NCBI GenBank assembly: GCA_030265395.1
Contig: JARFYF010000055.1
Location: forward strand, 22,895,445-22,959,444
Origin: Rhina ancylostomus
Taxonomy: Eukaryota
Reading direction: 5' to 3'
Length of the DNA: 64,000 bases
Positions 53,059-64,000 of this stretch are shown piece by piece. The notes under the pieces were generated by a model. That model was given only the letters and a program-made list of their open reading frames with translations. It ran no database searches and was not told the DNA's origin. Every line of letters starts with the position of its first letter. Position 1 is the first letter of the stretch. The position numbers were made by a program, and so were the translations under genes.

Positions 53059-54559
53059 GAGGACAGAGAGTTAGATAAGAGAAAGCAGCTTTTTCTGTGG
53101 TTCCTAAACTTTAGTTGTTACAGCGTGGTCACCATGTATATATGTTATGCTCAGTGCATCTTAAAATATTTATATCACTCCATTTTTAACGTGAACCAGG
53201 ACTACTCATTCAATCTGTGCAGGTCAGTTGTATCAATCTTTATTTTGGTAGCAGCTCATTGTAGATTCAATTGCTGTGATGCATTCAGAGATGTTACAAC
53301 GCTCCCACCTAATTACATAGCTGAAGACAAGCAACCATTCATTTCAACCAGCAACAGAAGAGTTTAGGGAATTATTTGTTTTAAATGAATGAAGTGTCAA
53401 AGACATTGTTCTAAAGCAGGCTTTCAGTAAGTGTGTATAGAAATTCCCATTATAAACAATACTTTAGCCCTGGAATAGGTTTTGGGAAACTTGTCTCGAT
53501 GTGGATCTATTTAAATGTTGCTCAGTGTTCTTTGTTCAGCTATGGGTTACAGTCAAAGAACTCAAATCTACGTTTGACATTGGAAATCACAAAAATTTGC
53601 AAACTCCTTTCTGAGTGAGTTTCAGTAACCTCCCCAAGCTCTCCTACTTTGCCTTGTCATCTGCTCCTCTGGGGCTTTAATTTATTATTTCTTTCCCCTT
53701 TGGGAAGTCTTCAATGTTAAGCTGGTACATTAGTGCAAGTGGTTTTAATTCTGATAGAATTGAGTTCCACACCCTCACTCTGCCGATTCATTAAGTTTGC
53801 AAAGTCTTCTTTTAAAAACACTTTCTTCTACTGGGAGTACAAGCTTAATGGAAATTGATTTATATTTTTGTCTCTGATATTCATCAGTATCAAACTTTAA
53901 TGTTTAATACAGCATGTCATGTATGGATCTCTGCTCTGGTATAAAGATGTTTGTTGGAACAGAGAATGAATGTGAATTAGAGACTTGTGCAGAAGACGAT
54001 TGCAACACACCATACCTGGGAAACTTTACATGCTTGTAATGTTCAATGAACATTAAACGCTAGTGAGGTATACAGGGTGGGCTGGGCCTTAGTTCAATAT
54101 GTTAACATTTTGATCAGCAAATCCTTGGTCAAAGTAAAGCAAGGACAGCAAACTAATGATTGAGAAACCATGGCTCCTGTAACTTGTCAGGTTTGGCTTT
54201 CTGCCACAGTTGTTCATTCTCACCCAAAAACCTGTCAGAGTTTCATTAGCAACTGAAGTATAATTTATTATAATACAGCTTTTAATTTTCTTGGTTTCCT
54301 TTCCAGTTCCTACACAGCATGAAGTATACCATTCAAAATGTCTATTAAAATCTGCATAAAGTTATTACCCGTCAGGAAGGATTTTTTCAGAGGAACCCTA
54401 TTACCTATTAATCTAGTAATCTATTGCAAGGTTTGTGAATCTTGTTTTGCTTGTGCTCATCTTGTTATCCCTTGTTGATTATCCCCACCCTTTGGATATC
54501 TTATCCAGACCCATAATCACACAAACATACACATAAAGAAGAAGTTCCATGAATAAAAC

Positions 54560-55340
54560 ATTGATTGTGCCTCTATCAAGGCATCTCTAAGCATGATACA
54601 GCTAATGAAGTATGTTTAAAGTGTGTTATTGCTATAAAGTACCAAGTAAGGTGGCCAAGTTTTTGCACAGCAAGCTCCCACAAACAGGAAAATCAGGATA
54701 ATGTTTTAATGATATTGAGAGAGGGATGTATTCTTTAGAACACAGGAATAACTCAAATCTTTGAAATAATGCCATGGGATCCTTGATGTCTATTCATGTG
54801 AACAGACAGGTTCAATTTATTGNNNNNNNNNNNNNNNNNNNNNNNNNNNNNNNNNNNNNNNNNNNNNNNNNNNNNNNNNNNNNNNNNNNNNNNNNNNNNN
54901 NNNNNNNNNNNNNNNNNNNNNNNNNNNNNNNNNNNNNNNNNNNNNNNNNNNNNNNNNNNNNNNNNNNNNNNNNNNNNNNNNNNNNNNNNNNNNNNNNNNN
55001 NNNNNNNNNNNNNNNNNNNNNNNNNNNNNNNNNNNNNNNNNNNNNNNNNNNNNNNNNNNNNNNNNNNNNNNNNNNNNNNNNNNNNNNNNNNNNNNNNNNN
55101 NNNNNNNNNNNNNNNNNNNNNNNNNNNNNNNNNNNNNNNNNNNNNNNNNNNNNNNNNNNNNNNNNNNNNNNNNNNNNNNNNNNNNNNNNNNNNNNNNNNN
55201 NNNNNNNNNNNNNNNNNNNNNNNNNNNNNNNNNNNNNNNNNNNNNNNNNNNNNNNNNNTTAATGTCTCATCTGACCATGTGAACTTCCAATGGTGCAGCA
55301 TTCCCTCAGCAATGTACTGGAATGTCAACCTGGGTACTGT
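54560..55340 (-). mobile_element. Deu-type SINE (SacSINE1-like) split by a gap
   Basis: TGCACAGCAAGCTCCCACAAACAG, GAAATAATGCCATGGGATC, TAATGTCTCATCTGA..GTGCAGCATTCCCTCAG..GTCAACCT. Confidence 0.75.
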
Positions 55341-55486
55341 TAGAGCAGTTTATCCAAGGAAAAAAAAACTGCATGATATTTTTGTGCTTGTGTGCCTGTG
55401 AGGGAAACAAGACAAGTCAAGAGCACGGTGATTCCAGCCTCATGTGGGAAGTCTTTTTTGCTTCACCATATTGCTACAGGAATTTC

Positions 55487-55686
55487 TACTGGTATTGGTA
55501 TTGGTTTATTATTGTTAATTTACCAAGGAACAGTGAAAATCTTGTCTTGCATACCGATCATACAGACCAATTCATTACACAGAGCAGTTACATTGAGTTA
55601 GTACAGAGTACATTGAGGTAGTACAGGTAAAAACAATAACAGTACAGAGTAAAGTGACACAGCGACAGAGAAAGTGCAGTGCAGGT
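55487..55686 (-). mobile_element. Rex1-type 3' UTR
   Basis: (TGGTAT)n plus sequence highly similar to 28410-28580. Confidence 0.85.
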
Positions 55687-56617
55687 CACCAGCCCTGTAA
55701 GAAAATTTAAAAGAACATTATTAGTAATAGTAAGTGACATAGAATTTAAATGTAAAAGTATAGAACGATTATAGTAAAGGTAATGAGTAGATCTGTAGAG
55801 AGCAGCTTGCAATGAGTCACCATGCTAGTTTGCTTCCTGAAAGGAATCAAGGGATTGTAATTTCTGGGATATCCTCCAGTTCAAGTTGTTTTCCTTTTAT
55901 TATGAATCATCTTGTCCAGTAAGTACTTTAAGGAAGAAGTTTAAGTGGTATGGACAATGAAAGACATCAGCCCGATTCGACTGTGCTAGAAACTGAAAGT
56001 ATGTCATGTAATTCAGGAAGAATTTATTATGTGAGCTCTTTTAAGATTTTGGCTTGATTTTAATTTCAGATGCAGTTGCAGTTCTTATGGAGTTAAGCAT
56101 GTGAACATTGTAAGGGATTATCAGGCTGCATTGAACCTTTGGGGAGGGAAAGAAACAGAACTGTGCCAGATGCTCCAACTTTGAGAAAGTTACTTAACCA
56201 GGGTTGTCCCTGTCATGTATCTCACATTTTCCCAGTGGCGAAAAAACTTGAGTTTTCAATCAATATATCAGCAATTCCAATTGAATGATTTATATCTTTT
56301 AATCTTTTTTTGTATTTTTAACCTTCCAATGTATGTATTGCATATATTGTGCAAACAATGCATCTTTGCTCAGGATGCAACAAAGCAAACATACAAGTGT
56401 GCATTTGTAAGAAATAAACATACAGGATTCATTGTGCTGTGATAATGCTTTAACATTTCCTGTTCAATGTGTGAGTGCTCCCTTAAGTCACCCTGCCTGA
56501 ACAGAGTTGTTCATTTTTGTTGGATACTACATTCATCTAGATGTAACTCTGGAACTATTGGCAAGAATGGTACAAATTGGTGTGGTAACCTATTGAGTGT
56601 CATCCCCTGATGAAATT

Positions 56618-56916
56618 GCAGGCACGGTAGTGTAGTGGTTAGCGTAATGCTATTACAGCACCAGTGACCTGGGTTCAATTCTGGCCACTGTTTGTAAGGA
56701 GTTTGTACATTCTCCCCGTGTGTCTGCGTGGGTTTCCTCCGGGTGCTCCGGTTTCCTCCCACACTTCAAAGACGGACAGGTTAGGAAGTTGGGGACATGC
56801 TATGTTGCGCCAGAAGCGTGGTGACACTTGTGGGCTGCCACCAGAACACTCTATGCAAAAGATGCATTTCACTGTGTGTTTCAATGTACATGTGACTAAT
56901 AAAGATATCTAAATCT
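56618..56916 (+). mobile_element. Full-length tRNA-derived V-SINE with Rex1-like tail
   Basis: A-box TAGTGTAGTGG (56628), B-box GGTTCAATTC (56672), V-domain GGAGTTTGTACATTCTCCCCGTG..GGGTTTCCTCCGGGTGCTCCGGTTTCCTCCCAC, tail TTTCACTGT..GTACATGTGACTAATAAA. Confidence 0.9.
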
Positions 56917-57417
56917 AATTCTTTACACTGAGCTTCCCTGTTACTAGAAAGGCTAATAACCCGGGAAGGAAGTGAAAATTGAAGCATCATCCCAAACCAG
57001 TCTTGTGCAAGTATCATAGAATCATAGAAGCATGTACAGTACAAAGGGCTACCTTCAGGCCTACGGCATCCATGCCTTGTCCACTGACTGTGGTTAAAGA
57101 CAATGCAGCATTAACAGAAAATGTAATTATGTAAGTTCTTGTGTTATGTGGACTTCTTGTTTGCCAAAGAAAACTTGGAGACCTTTCCTAAATCTGTTCT
57201 ATTTGGTTTTCTTCTTAACCCCCCCCCCCTCAGCTTCCTCCTTACATGACCATTATTTGGCCGTGAACTGGGATTCTTCTCAGGTTGCTCAACTGGCTGC
57301 ACCAGACTTGCATTCCTGGTCAAATACTGTAAGTTACAGCTGATAACGAACTTGTATTTTTCGGAAGGTCTACCATCATCATAGAAGGAATTCAACTCTT
57401 GAATGGGTTATGGATTT

Positions 57418-57517
57418 TTCAGACAAGGAGTTTCAGGCTGGAAATGTTAACTCTGTTTCTCTTTCCACAAATGCTGCTTGATCTGCAGAATGTTTCCAGC
57501 ATTTTTCCGGTTTTATC
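57418..57517 (+). mobile_element. Penelope-like relic
   Basis: GAAATGTTAACTCTGTTTCTCTTTCCACAAATGCTGCTTGATCTGC..CCAGCATTTT. Confidence 0.65.
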
Positions 57518-60164
57518 ATGGATTTTTCACTTTATTATATACAACACTCGTTATTAGGAATGTGCAGGCTTTATTTTCCAATCTTTAAAGAAAAGACAAA
57601 AATAGTCTGAAAATTAAAAATGCAACTTAGTAATGAAAATCATTAACCTCGAACTGATAATGTTCCTGAATCAAATATGCACTGAGCATTCTGGTCTGCA
57701 TTTCCTGCAAGGTATTTTTGACAGGGTAGACTTTAAAAATGCACCTATAGGCAAACAAATAAGATGGTGGAAGATATCTGCTGTTTTTCTACTGAATAGT
57801 AATGCTCTATATTTGCGACTAATTATTAGGTAATATTAGTTTGATGAGAAACCACTAAGATGCACAGGGGATAAAGGTTTGAGTGTGGGGGGAGACGCTC
57901 CCTTTACCTTTACATTTATCCGTTTCAATCTGTTATAAGTTTTCTTACTATTGTTCCAAAATCACTGGCTGCTTGCCAGCAAGCCACATTGCTTGACCCA
58001 GCTGTCCCCGACATAATCTGGGGAATCCAGCCCCCAACACGATGGTGTGGCTGAGTTTGACCTGCTGCACTCACATAAAGGCTTTGTCAAACAGTGAAGC
58101 CTTGTCCCTTGGCTCACCAGCTGCCAGTGTTGTCCTTTAAATGAATATAAACACAAAAGACATTTGATAAAATATGTTGCCTTAACAAATAATAATTTTT
58201 AAAATCACTAAAACCCTAAAAACAATTTAGATGAGTAAAAACACTGAAACTAACAAATAAGTTATAAAAAAATAACTTACCTGTCTCCTGGTGGGTACTT
58301 TCTCCCATTCATTTCTAGTCATCATCTATGGTCGTACCAGGCTTAACCAATAAAGAGTGAACTGAGGGACTTCTGGCAGAGTGGAAGATTTTGCCACTGG
58401 CGTAGGCCCAGTGCAGCAATGAAAACTGGGACTTCTGCAGGGAAATGCGCTTAAGACCCTGGCATCAGAGCTGTATGGAAGTTCAATGCCAATATGATAA
58501 TTAGAAATATTGAGGGTAACTAGTAGCCAACTTTGTGATTTCTGAAGTAATTACAGCGCTTGTCTTCATATTTGCTGTTCTCTATCTGGTTCTGATTTGG
58601 AAATAGCATCACATGTAGTGGCCCAGATATTTGAAGAAAAGTATTGCTCAGATCTCCAGTTATCACTGCCATTGCATCATCCTGTTCATTTTCTATTTTG
58701 AACAAACTGAAAGAAGTTTTTAGATGTAAAAAAAAATGACAACTATATGAACCGCATATGCTTGTTTCCACTTGGAAGCATTTATTTATTTATTTCTACT
58801 TTTGGGAAATGTCTGCTGATAATGCCCCGTGACAAAATGTTAATAGTTTCCATAAAAATGTAAACTACTGTTGACACATTTCAATGGTCATGTATACTCC
58901 CTGTCTACATCAATATTAATTTATAAGGTTTCAGTTAGCTAAAAAGTATTCTTAATTGCTGCCATTTCCAAAATAATTGGAACAGGAGGAAGTAGGAATA
59001 TTATGGAAAATAAAGTGCATTCAAATAGCAAGAAAAGGTGAAAAACTGATAAAATTGAGGAGAAAATAAAGGCAAATTCAGACAAAAATGGAGTTTATTT
59101 AAACATTTTTACATTAAGAAATTATTTTAAATAATATGGTTAATATCATGATGAGCTTACCCTAATACATCACTACCTTTAAACTGACAAATAAATGGAG
59201 GCTAGAATTTCTCTGGATTTGCCATTAACCTATTGGCATTACAGATTGGATGATGTACTTCAAAACCGTAGGAGTTTATTTTACAACTAAAAACTTCACA
59301 GGATCCAACTTTCTACCAATCCAAATACTTGAAAAGGTAGTGAATTCTGCGCATGTGGGTCTGACCACATGACATTGGTACAAACACTAATGGATCAAAG
59401 AGTTTGCGTTAATGTAAGCAAGTAAAAATGGACTGGAGGTGTAGGGTTATAGTTTAGAGCTTTTCCTCTGGTTCAAAGATAACACAAGATGCATTCTGCA
59501 GGAATAATAGTCACACACACAAAGGATGACTTATAAAAAGTATGCAGCCTTGTGACCTGGCTCGTGCAGACTTCAGCTGTTTACTGCAATGAGTGTGGGT
59601 TGTAATAAGACATACCACATTATCTCTTAATACATGTGACAATTATACTGAAAAGAGAGGCATTTTGATTTGAGAAAATTGAAAGAATGAGGGCTTGTTT
59701 TGAAATATTATGTGCTGGACCCTTGTGTAGGTGGATGGCAGTGGACTAGAAGGAAACATTATCTCTTGAGGCAAGTTCAAATTCATTACTGTACATAAAG
59801 CCAAACACGCACAGGCTGAAGCTTTCATTACATTATTCTTTACTTCTTTAACTTATTGTACAACAATTGCACAAAGAGAACTCTCTTGTTCTCTGTATTC
59901 CAGCAAATGACCCATTTTTTGTTTGAGATCAGGGTTACGAAGTTCAGACTGGCATGTACACTGCATATTAGATCCTTGCCCAACCAGCTGCCTCCAAAGT
60001 GCTAAACACTAAGTCACATTTTATTAACATATCCCAGGACATTGAATACACAGAGCAACATTCAGGAATGCATGTTGCAAAGTGCATTCCAGCTTTCAAC
60101 TTGATTTGTTAATAGAAGTTTACACACAAAGATTTGGATGCTCCTCATTGAAAAGTTTTCAGAA

Positions 60165-60345
60165 AACTGTAGATGCCGGAAATATGAAATAAAACAGAAA
60201 ATGCTAGAAATTCTCAAAGGGTCTGGCAGCATCTGTGGAAGAAGAAACAGAGTTAATGTTTCAGGTCTGTGACTCTTCATCAAAACTCTTAATGTTCTGC
60301 TTGACCGGTTGCATTTTCCAGCACTTCCTGTTTTCACTTTGGATG
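60165..60345. mobile_element. Penelope-like relic, inverted dimer
   Basis: CTGTAGATGCCGGAAATATGAAATAAAACAGAAAATGCT..GGCAGCATCTGTGGA..GTTTCAGGTC..CTTCATCA followed by a reversed arm (CCAGCACTTCCTGTTTT). Confidence 0.7.
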
Positions 60346-60874
60346 CTTCTACATGGAAGAGATGAAGAGAAAGTTTTCCCCAGATTACCTTCCAGCATGC
60401 TGTACTCCACTGTGTTACAATAGCACTATATCTATATTGGGATTCTCTCTTCTTGCTGCTGTAATTGAGAATGTGCTACGCTTCCACCTACGCACCACTC
60501 TGATATTTGTCTTGCACTGCAAGACATTTGTTGAACATGTAATCTCTTTTTAATAATTACTTTAGTATACTTTCCATATACAATAACACTGAATGACTAC
60601 TATTATCAGGAAAGTAATAGAGATAAAATGACGCAAGTCCTTTGTTCGTTCCTTTACTGAACGGAAAGATCATTCTCTGAATATCTTGTCCACTACCATC
60701 ATAATTTTAAACAAGTACTTAACCTCTTATCTTCAAGGAATATAACCCAAGTTTCTTTCACCACAGGTTAGTTTTTCATTCAGGCAACATTACAGTTAAT
60801 CATCAATTTATTTTTGGCTCCCGGCTTAGAACATCCTTGATTAGGTGATCTCTCAATAACTAATAAAAAGCTTG

Positions 60875-61540
60875 AACATAGAACATAGAACAGCACAGGA
60901 ACAACCTCATCGGCTCACCATTTGTGCCAACCATGTTGCCACTCTAACTAATCCCGACTGCCTGCACGTGGTTTATATCCCTCCATTCCTTGCCTCTTCT
61001 ACCACCTCCCCGGCAGTGCATTCCAGGAACCTACCATTCTGCGTAAATAAACTTTTAATTTTCCCCTTCCCATCTTAAACCTATGCCCTCTAGTATTTGA
61101 CATTTCCACCCTGAGAAAAGGGCTGATTAGCTATCCTCATCATTTTATATTCTTCTCTCAGGTCGCCCCTTAGTCTCCAATACTTCAGAGAAAACTATCC
61201 ATGCTTGGCCAACCTCTCCTTCTGACTGCAAGCTGAACAACATTCTGTGGACCTCTTCAGCACCCTTTCCAGAGCCTCCACATCCTTCCTATAGTGTGTC
61301 AACCTGAACTGCACACAATACTCCAAACGTGGCCTAACCAAAGTTTTGTACGTGATTTGCCAATGTTTATACTCAATGCCCCGACCGATGAAGGCAAGCA
61401 TGCTGTACGCCTTCTTTACCACCCTGTCCTCTTGTGTTGCCACTTACAGGGAGATATGGATTTGCACCCCAAGATCCCTCTGTTCACCAGTGCTCCTAAG
61501 GGTCCTGTCATTTACTTTCTACTTTCCTCTTGCATTCGAC
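60875..61540 (-). mobile_element. CR1/HER1-like LINE 3' fragment
   Basis: VKKAYSMLAFIGRGIEYK..YKTLVRPRLEYCVQF..YRKDVEALERV; tail (AACATAG)n. Confidence 0.92.
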
Positions 61541-61799
61541 CCCTTTTGGTCAAATAATGGCAGGAGTATTCCAATTTTCAGTACCGTCTTGGCTCACTGA
61601 TAGCACTCTTGGCATAATCATCATTCAGAATCTTAAGTGCTTCAATAAGATCACTTCTCATGCTGCTGTACTTCAATAAGTACTCAGCCAATTAACCTAT
61701 CTTTACATTATACGATATGGGAGGAAACCAGAACATCCAGGGGAATGAAACATCTGGCATCTAACTGAGTCACAGATACCACATGGAATTAGGGTCTTT

Positions 61800-62062
61800 G
61801 ACTTACTGAGTCTGAATGGATCATCAAGCACCCATTTTAACACTATCAACTGCCCCCAGGTTCCACCACTCATCAACACACTAGGGCAATTCACAGTGTC
61901 CAATTAACTGTCCAACTTACATATTTTTAGGACCAGAGCATCCAGAGGAAACACACATGGTCACAGGGAGAATATGCAAACTCCACACGTAGTATCAGAG
62001 ATAAGGATCGAACCTGAGTTTCTGGAGCTAAAAGGTAGCAGCTAGTTGTGTCACTGTGCCAT
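61800..62062 (-). mobile_element. HE1-like V-SINE
   Basis: GGGCAATTCACAGTGTCCAATTAA, GAGGAAACACACATGGTCACAGGGAGAATATGCAAACTCCACAC, GGATCGAACC (reverse B-box). Confidence 0.8.
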
Positions 62063-62749
62063 CCCAAAGGTCCCTGCAATTGCCATGATGGTGGAAATCA
62101 GATCCTGCAGCCTCTCACAGATGAATAGTCTGCTGACATTCAGTGAATAATGAAATAATACCTCAGCATGTCTTCAATGAAAATCACACGTGGGAAATCC
62201 TTGTCATTTTCACACTCTCTTCCCAGGCTGGAATGAAATGTTGTTTTCATTGTCCAATATAATTCATCTAATTTTGCAATAGTAAACTTACTGCCACCAG
62301 CTCACCTGTGTCGTCTGCTTACAATGATAATCAATTCACACACTACATTCTGGTTAAACCATCACATTTATCAAAATAATTACACAAAAGAGCTGCTAAA
62401 TGATGAATTACTAAAGCGTGGGAGGTCCTTCATGGGTTGTTCTATTCAGTTACATAACAGATCCGAACTCCTGGCTTGGTACACACAGACAAATGAGTCA
62501 CTAACTATCTGTTAACCTGCTTGTCTAACCACATTGAAAGTGCAGGTCAGTAACGATTAAAGGGCTTTTAACTCAAATCTTTAATTATAGATTTTAAAAC
62601 TACACTTCAATTCTAATCACCCTAAAGACTAAATAAAAGCAGGCAAGAAATTAAAATATTTTACTTTATTTAGTTGGTTCAGAATGAATCGTAGTGGTGA
62701 CCTTCGCAACTTGAAAACTTGTGTCAGGAAGAATGTACTACACCAGCAT

Positions 62750-63230
62750 ACCTGCAGGAAAGATTAGCAAGGATGTGGCCAGGACTAGAGGGCCTGAGTT
62801 ATCAGGAGAGATTGGCCAGTCTGGGTCTTTATTCCTTGGTGCATAGGAGAACAAAGGGTGACCTTAGAGATGTTTATAAAATCATGAGGGGTATAAATAA
62901 CGTGGATGGTAGTGGTCATTTCTCTAGGGTAGGGGAGTCCAAAACTAAGAGGCATAAATTTAGGGTGAGGGAGAAAGATTGAAAGGGGACCTGAAGAGCA
63001 ACTTTTTCACACAGAGGGTGGTGAGCATAATGAACAAGCTGCCAGAGGAAGTGGTTGAGGCAGGTACAATAGTATCATTTAAGAAGGACTTAGATAGGTA
63101 CATGGAGGGTGGGGCTTAGATGGATATGGGCCATATGTAGGAAACTGGGACTAGCTGGGTGGGTACCGTGGTTGGTATGGACTCATTGGGCCGAAGGGCC
63201 TGTATCTGTGCTGTACTGCCCTATGACTCT
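62750..63230 (+). mobile_element. CR1/HER1-like LINE 3' fragment
   Basis: RMWPGLEGLSYQERL..LGLYSL..KGDLRDVYKIMRG; tail GGGCCGAAGGGCCTGTATCTGTGCTGTACTGCCCTATGACTCT. Confidence 0.92.
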
Positions 63231-64000
63231 TTAAATCATCATTGATTACTTAGCATTTTATAAAGTGGAAAATGTTGGTGACCAGCTCAAACCTTGTTTT
63301 TATAAATAAAAGAACAAGTAATGTAAAATGAAGTCTGCTTTAATGAGGTTTGCTTAGTTCTGCAGTCTTGTCTCCGCAGTCACACATCAGTTGGCTGCGT
63401 TTCCGCCCCATACAGCTTATGTGCAAGTGCCGCCAGCATCACACCAATCATCTCTGCAATCAGTGCTTTTAATTAGGTTAATTAATTTGTATCAAGCCTC
63501 CTGGGGATGAGGTTCAGTGATGCTGACGAGGCAGACAAAACAGATCTTCCTTGGGCTCTAATGAAGACTCTAGCTGTTCCAGGATGACGGTGAATAATAA
63601 ATCAGCAATCTTCAGGTAAGGGACACAGGTGGTTACTGCTTGGGTAATCAAACCCATTTAGAATGCAGTGTGGGAGTACCAAGTTTGTCTGAAAGCCAAC
63701 AAAAATCCAGCACTGCATCCAGAAATTCATATGGTGCACATTTAAATATTGATAGCAGTAACTTTCACTGAAGAGCAAGAAAATTTATTACACAATGATT
63801 TTCAAAATAGACCAAGATGATGGCAATGATTTTCACAGTATTGGCATCAAACCTTACGTGACTATAGTGATGTGACTGAGTACATCCCCAACATTAACCA
63901 TGACCGTGCATTCAATTCTCTTTCACCAGTGTGTTTGGAATCAGCAGCTAATGATTATGGGATTCAAATTTGAATCGGAACATTAGAGTGCTGTGTGTCA

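Noticed and set aside
56618-56700. tRNA-like A/B boxes
   Set aside because: SINE head continuing into a V-domain; not a tRNA gene.
1-64000. CRISPR arrays, operons or other prokaryotic systems
   Set aside because: Vertebrate DNA; no regularly spaced repeat-spacer array or prokaryotic gene organisation seen.

Overview
This is vertebrate nuclear DNA from a draft assembly with many N-gaps. The repeat content (HER1/CR1-like LINEs, HE1-like V-SINEs, Deu-type SINEs, Rex1/Babar, Penelope-like relics) points to a cartilaginous fish (inference). The only supported protein-coding gene is an intronless class III POU gene, POU3F1 (Oct6/SCIP), at 5494-6627 (+). It has a CCAAT-dense, CpG-rich promoter and a long AU-rich 3' region, and lies in a transposon-poor domain (~3.3-16.3 kb) that includes a second CpG-rich island ~8.5-11.5 kb downstream. 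The remaining ~47 kb is gene desert filled with decayed mobile elements (CR1, L2, Rex1, another LINE family, Vingi/Ingi-like, Gypsy RT, a hAT BED-finger relic, a Tigger-like MITE, SINEs) and several enhancer-like blocks. The most interesting observations are palindromic Penelope-like relics centred on decayed hammerhead-ribozyme cores, a V-SINE with a Rex1-like rather than CR1-like tail, and a candidate counterpart of the Oct6 downstream enhancer. I see no convincing wholly new biological system. Repeat family names are recalled from memory and repeat boundaries are approximate.
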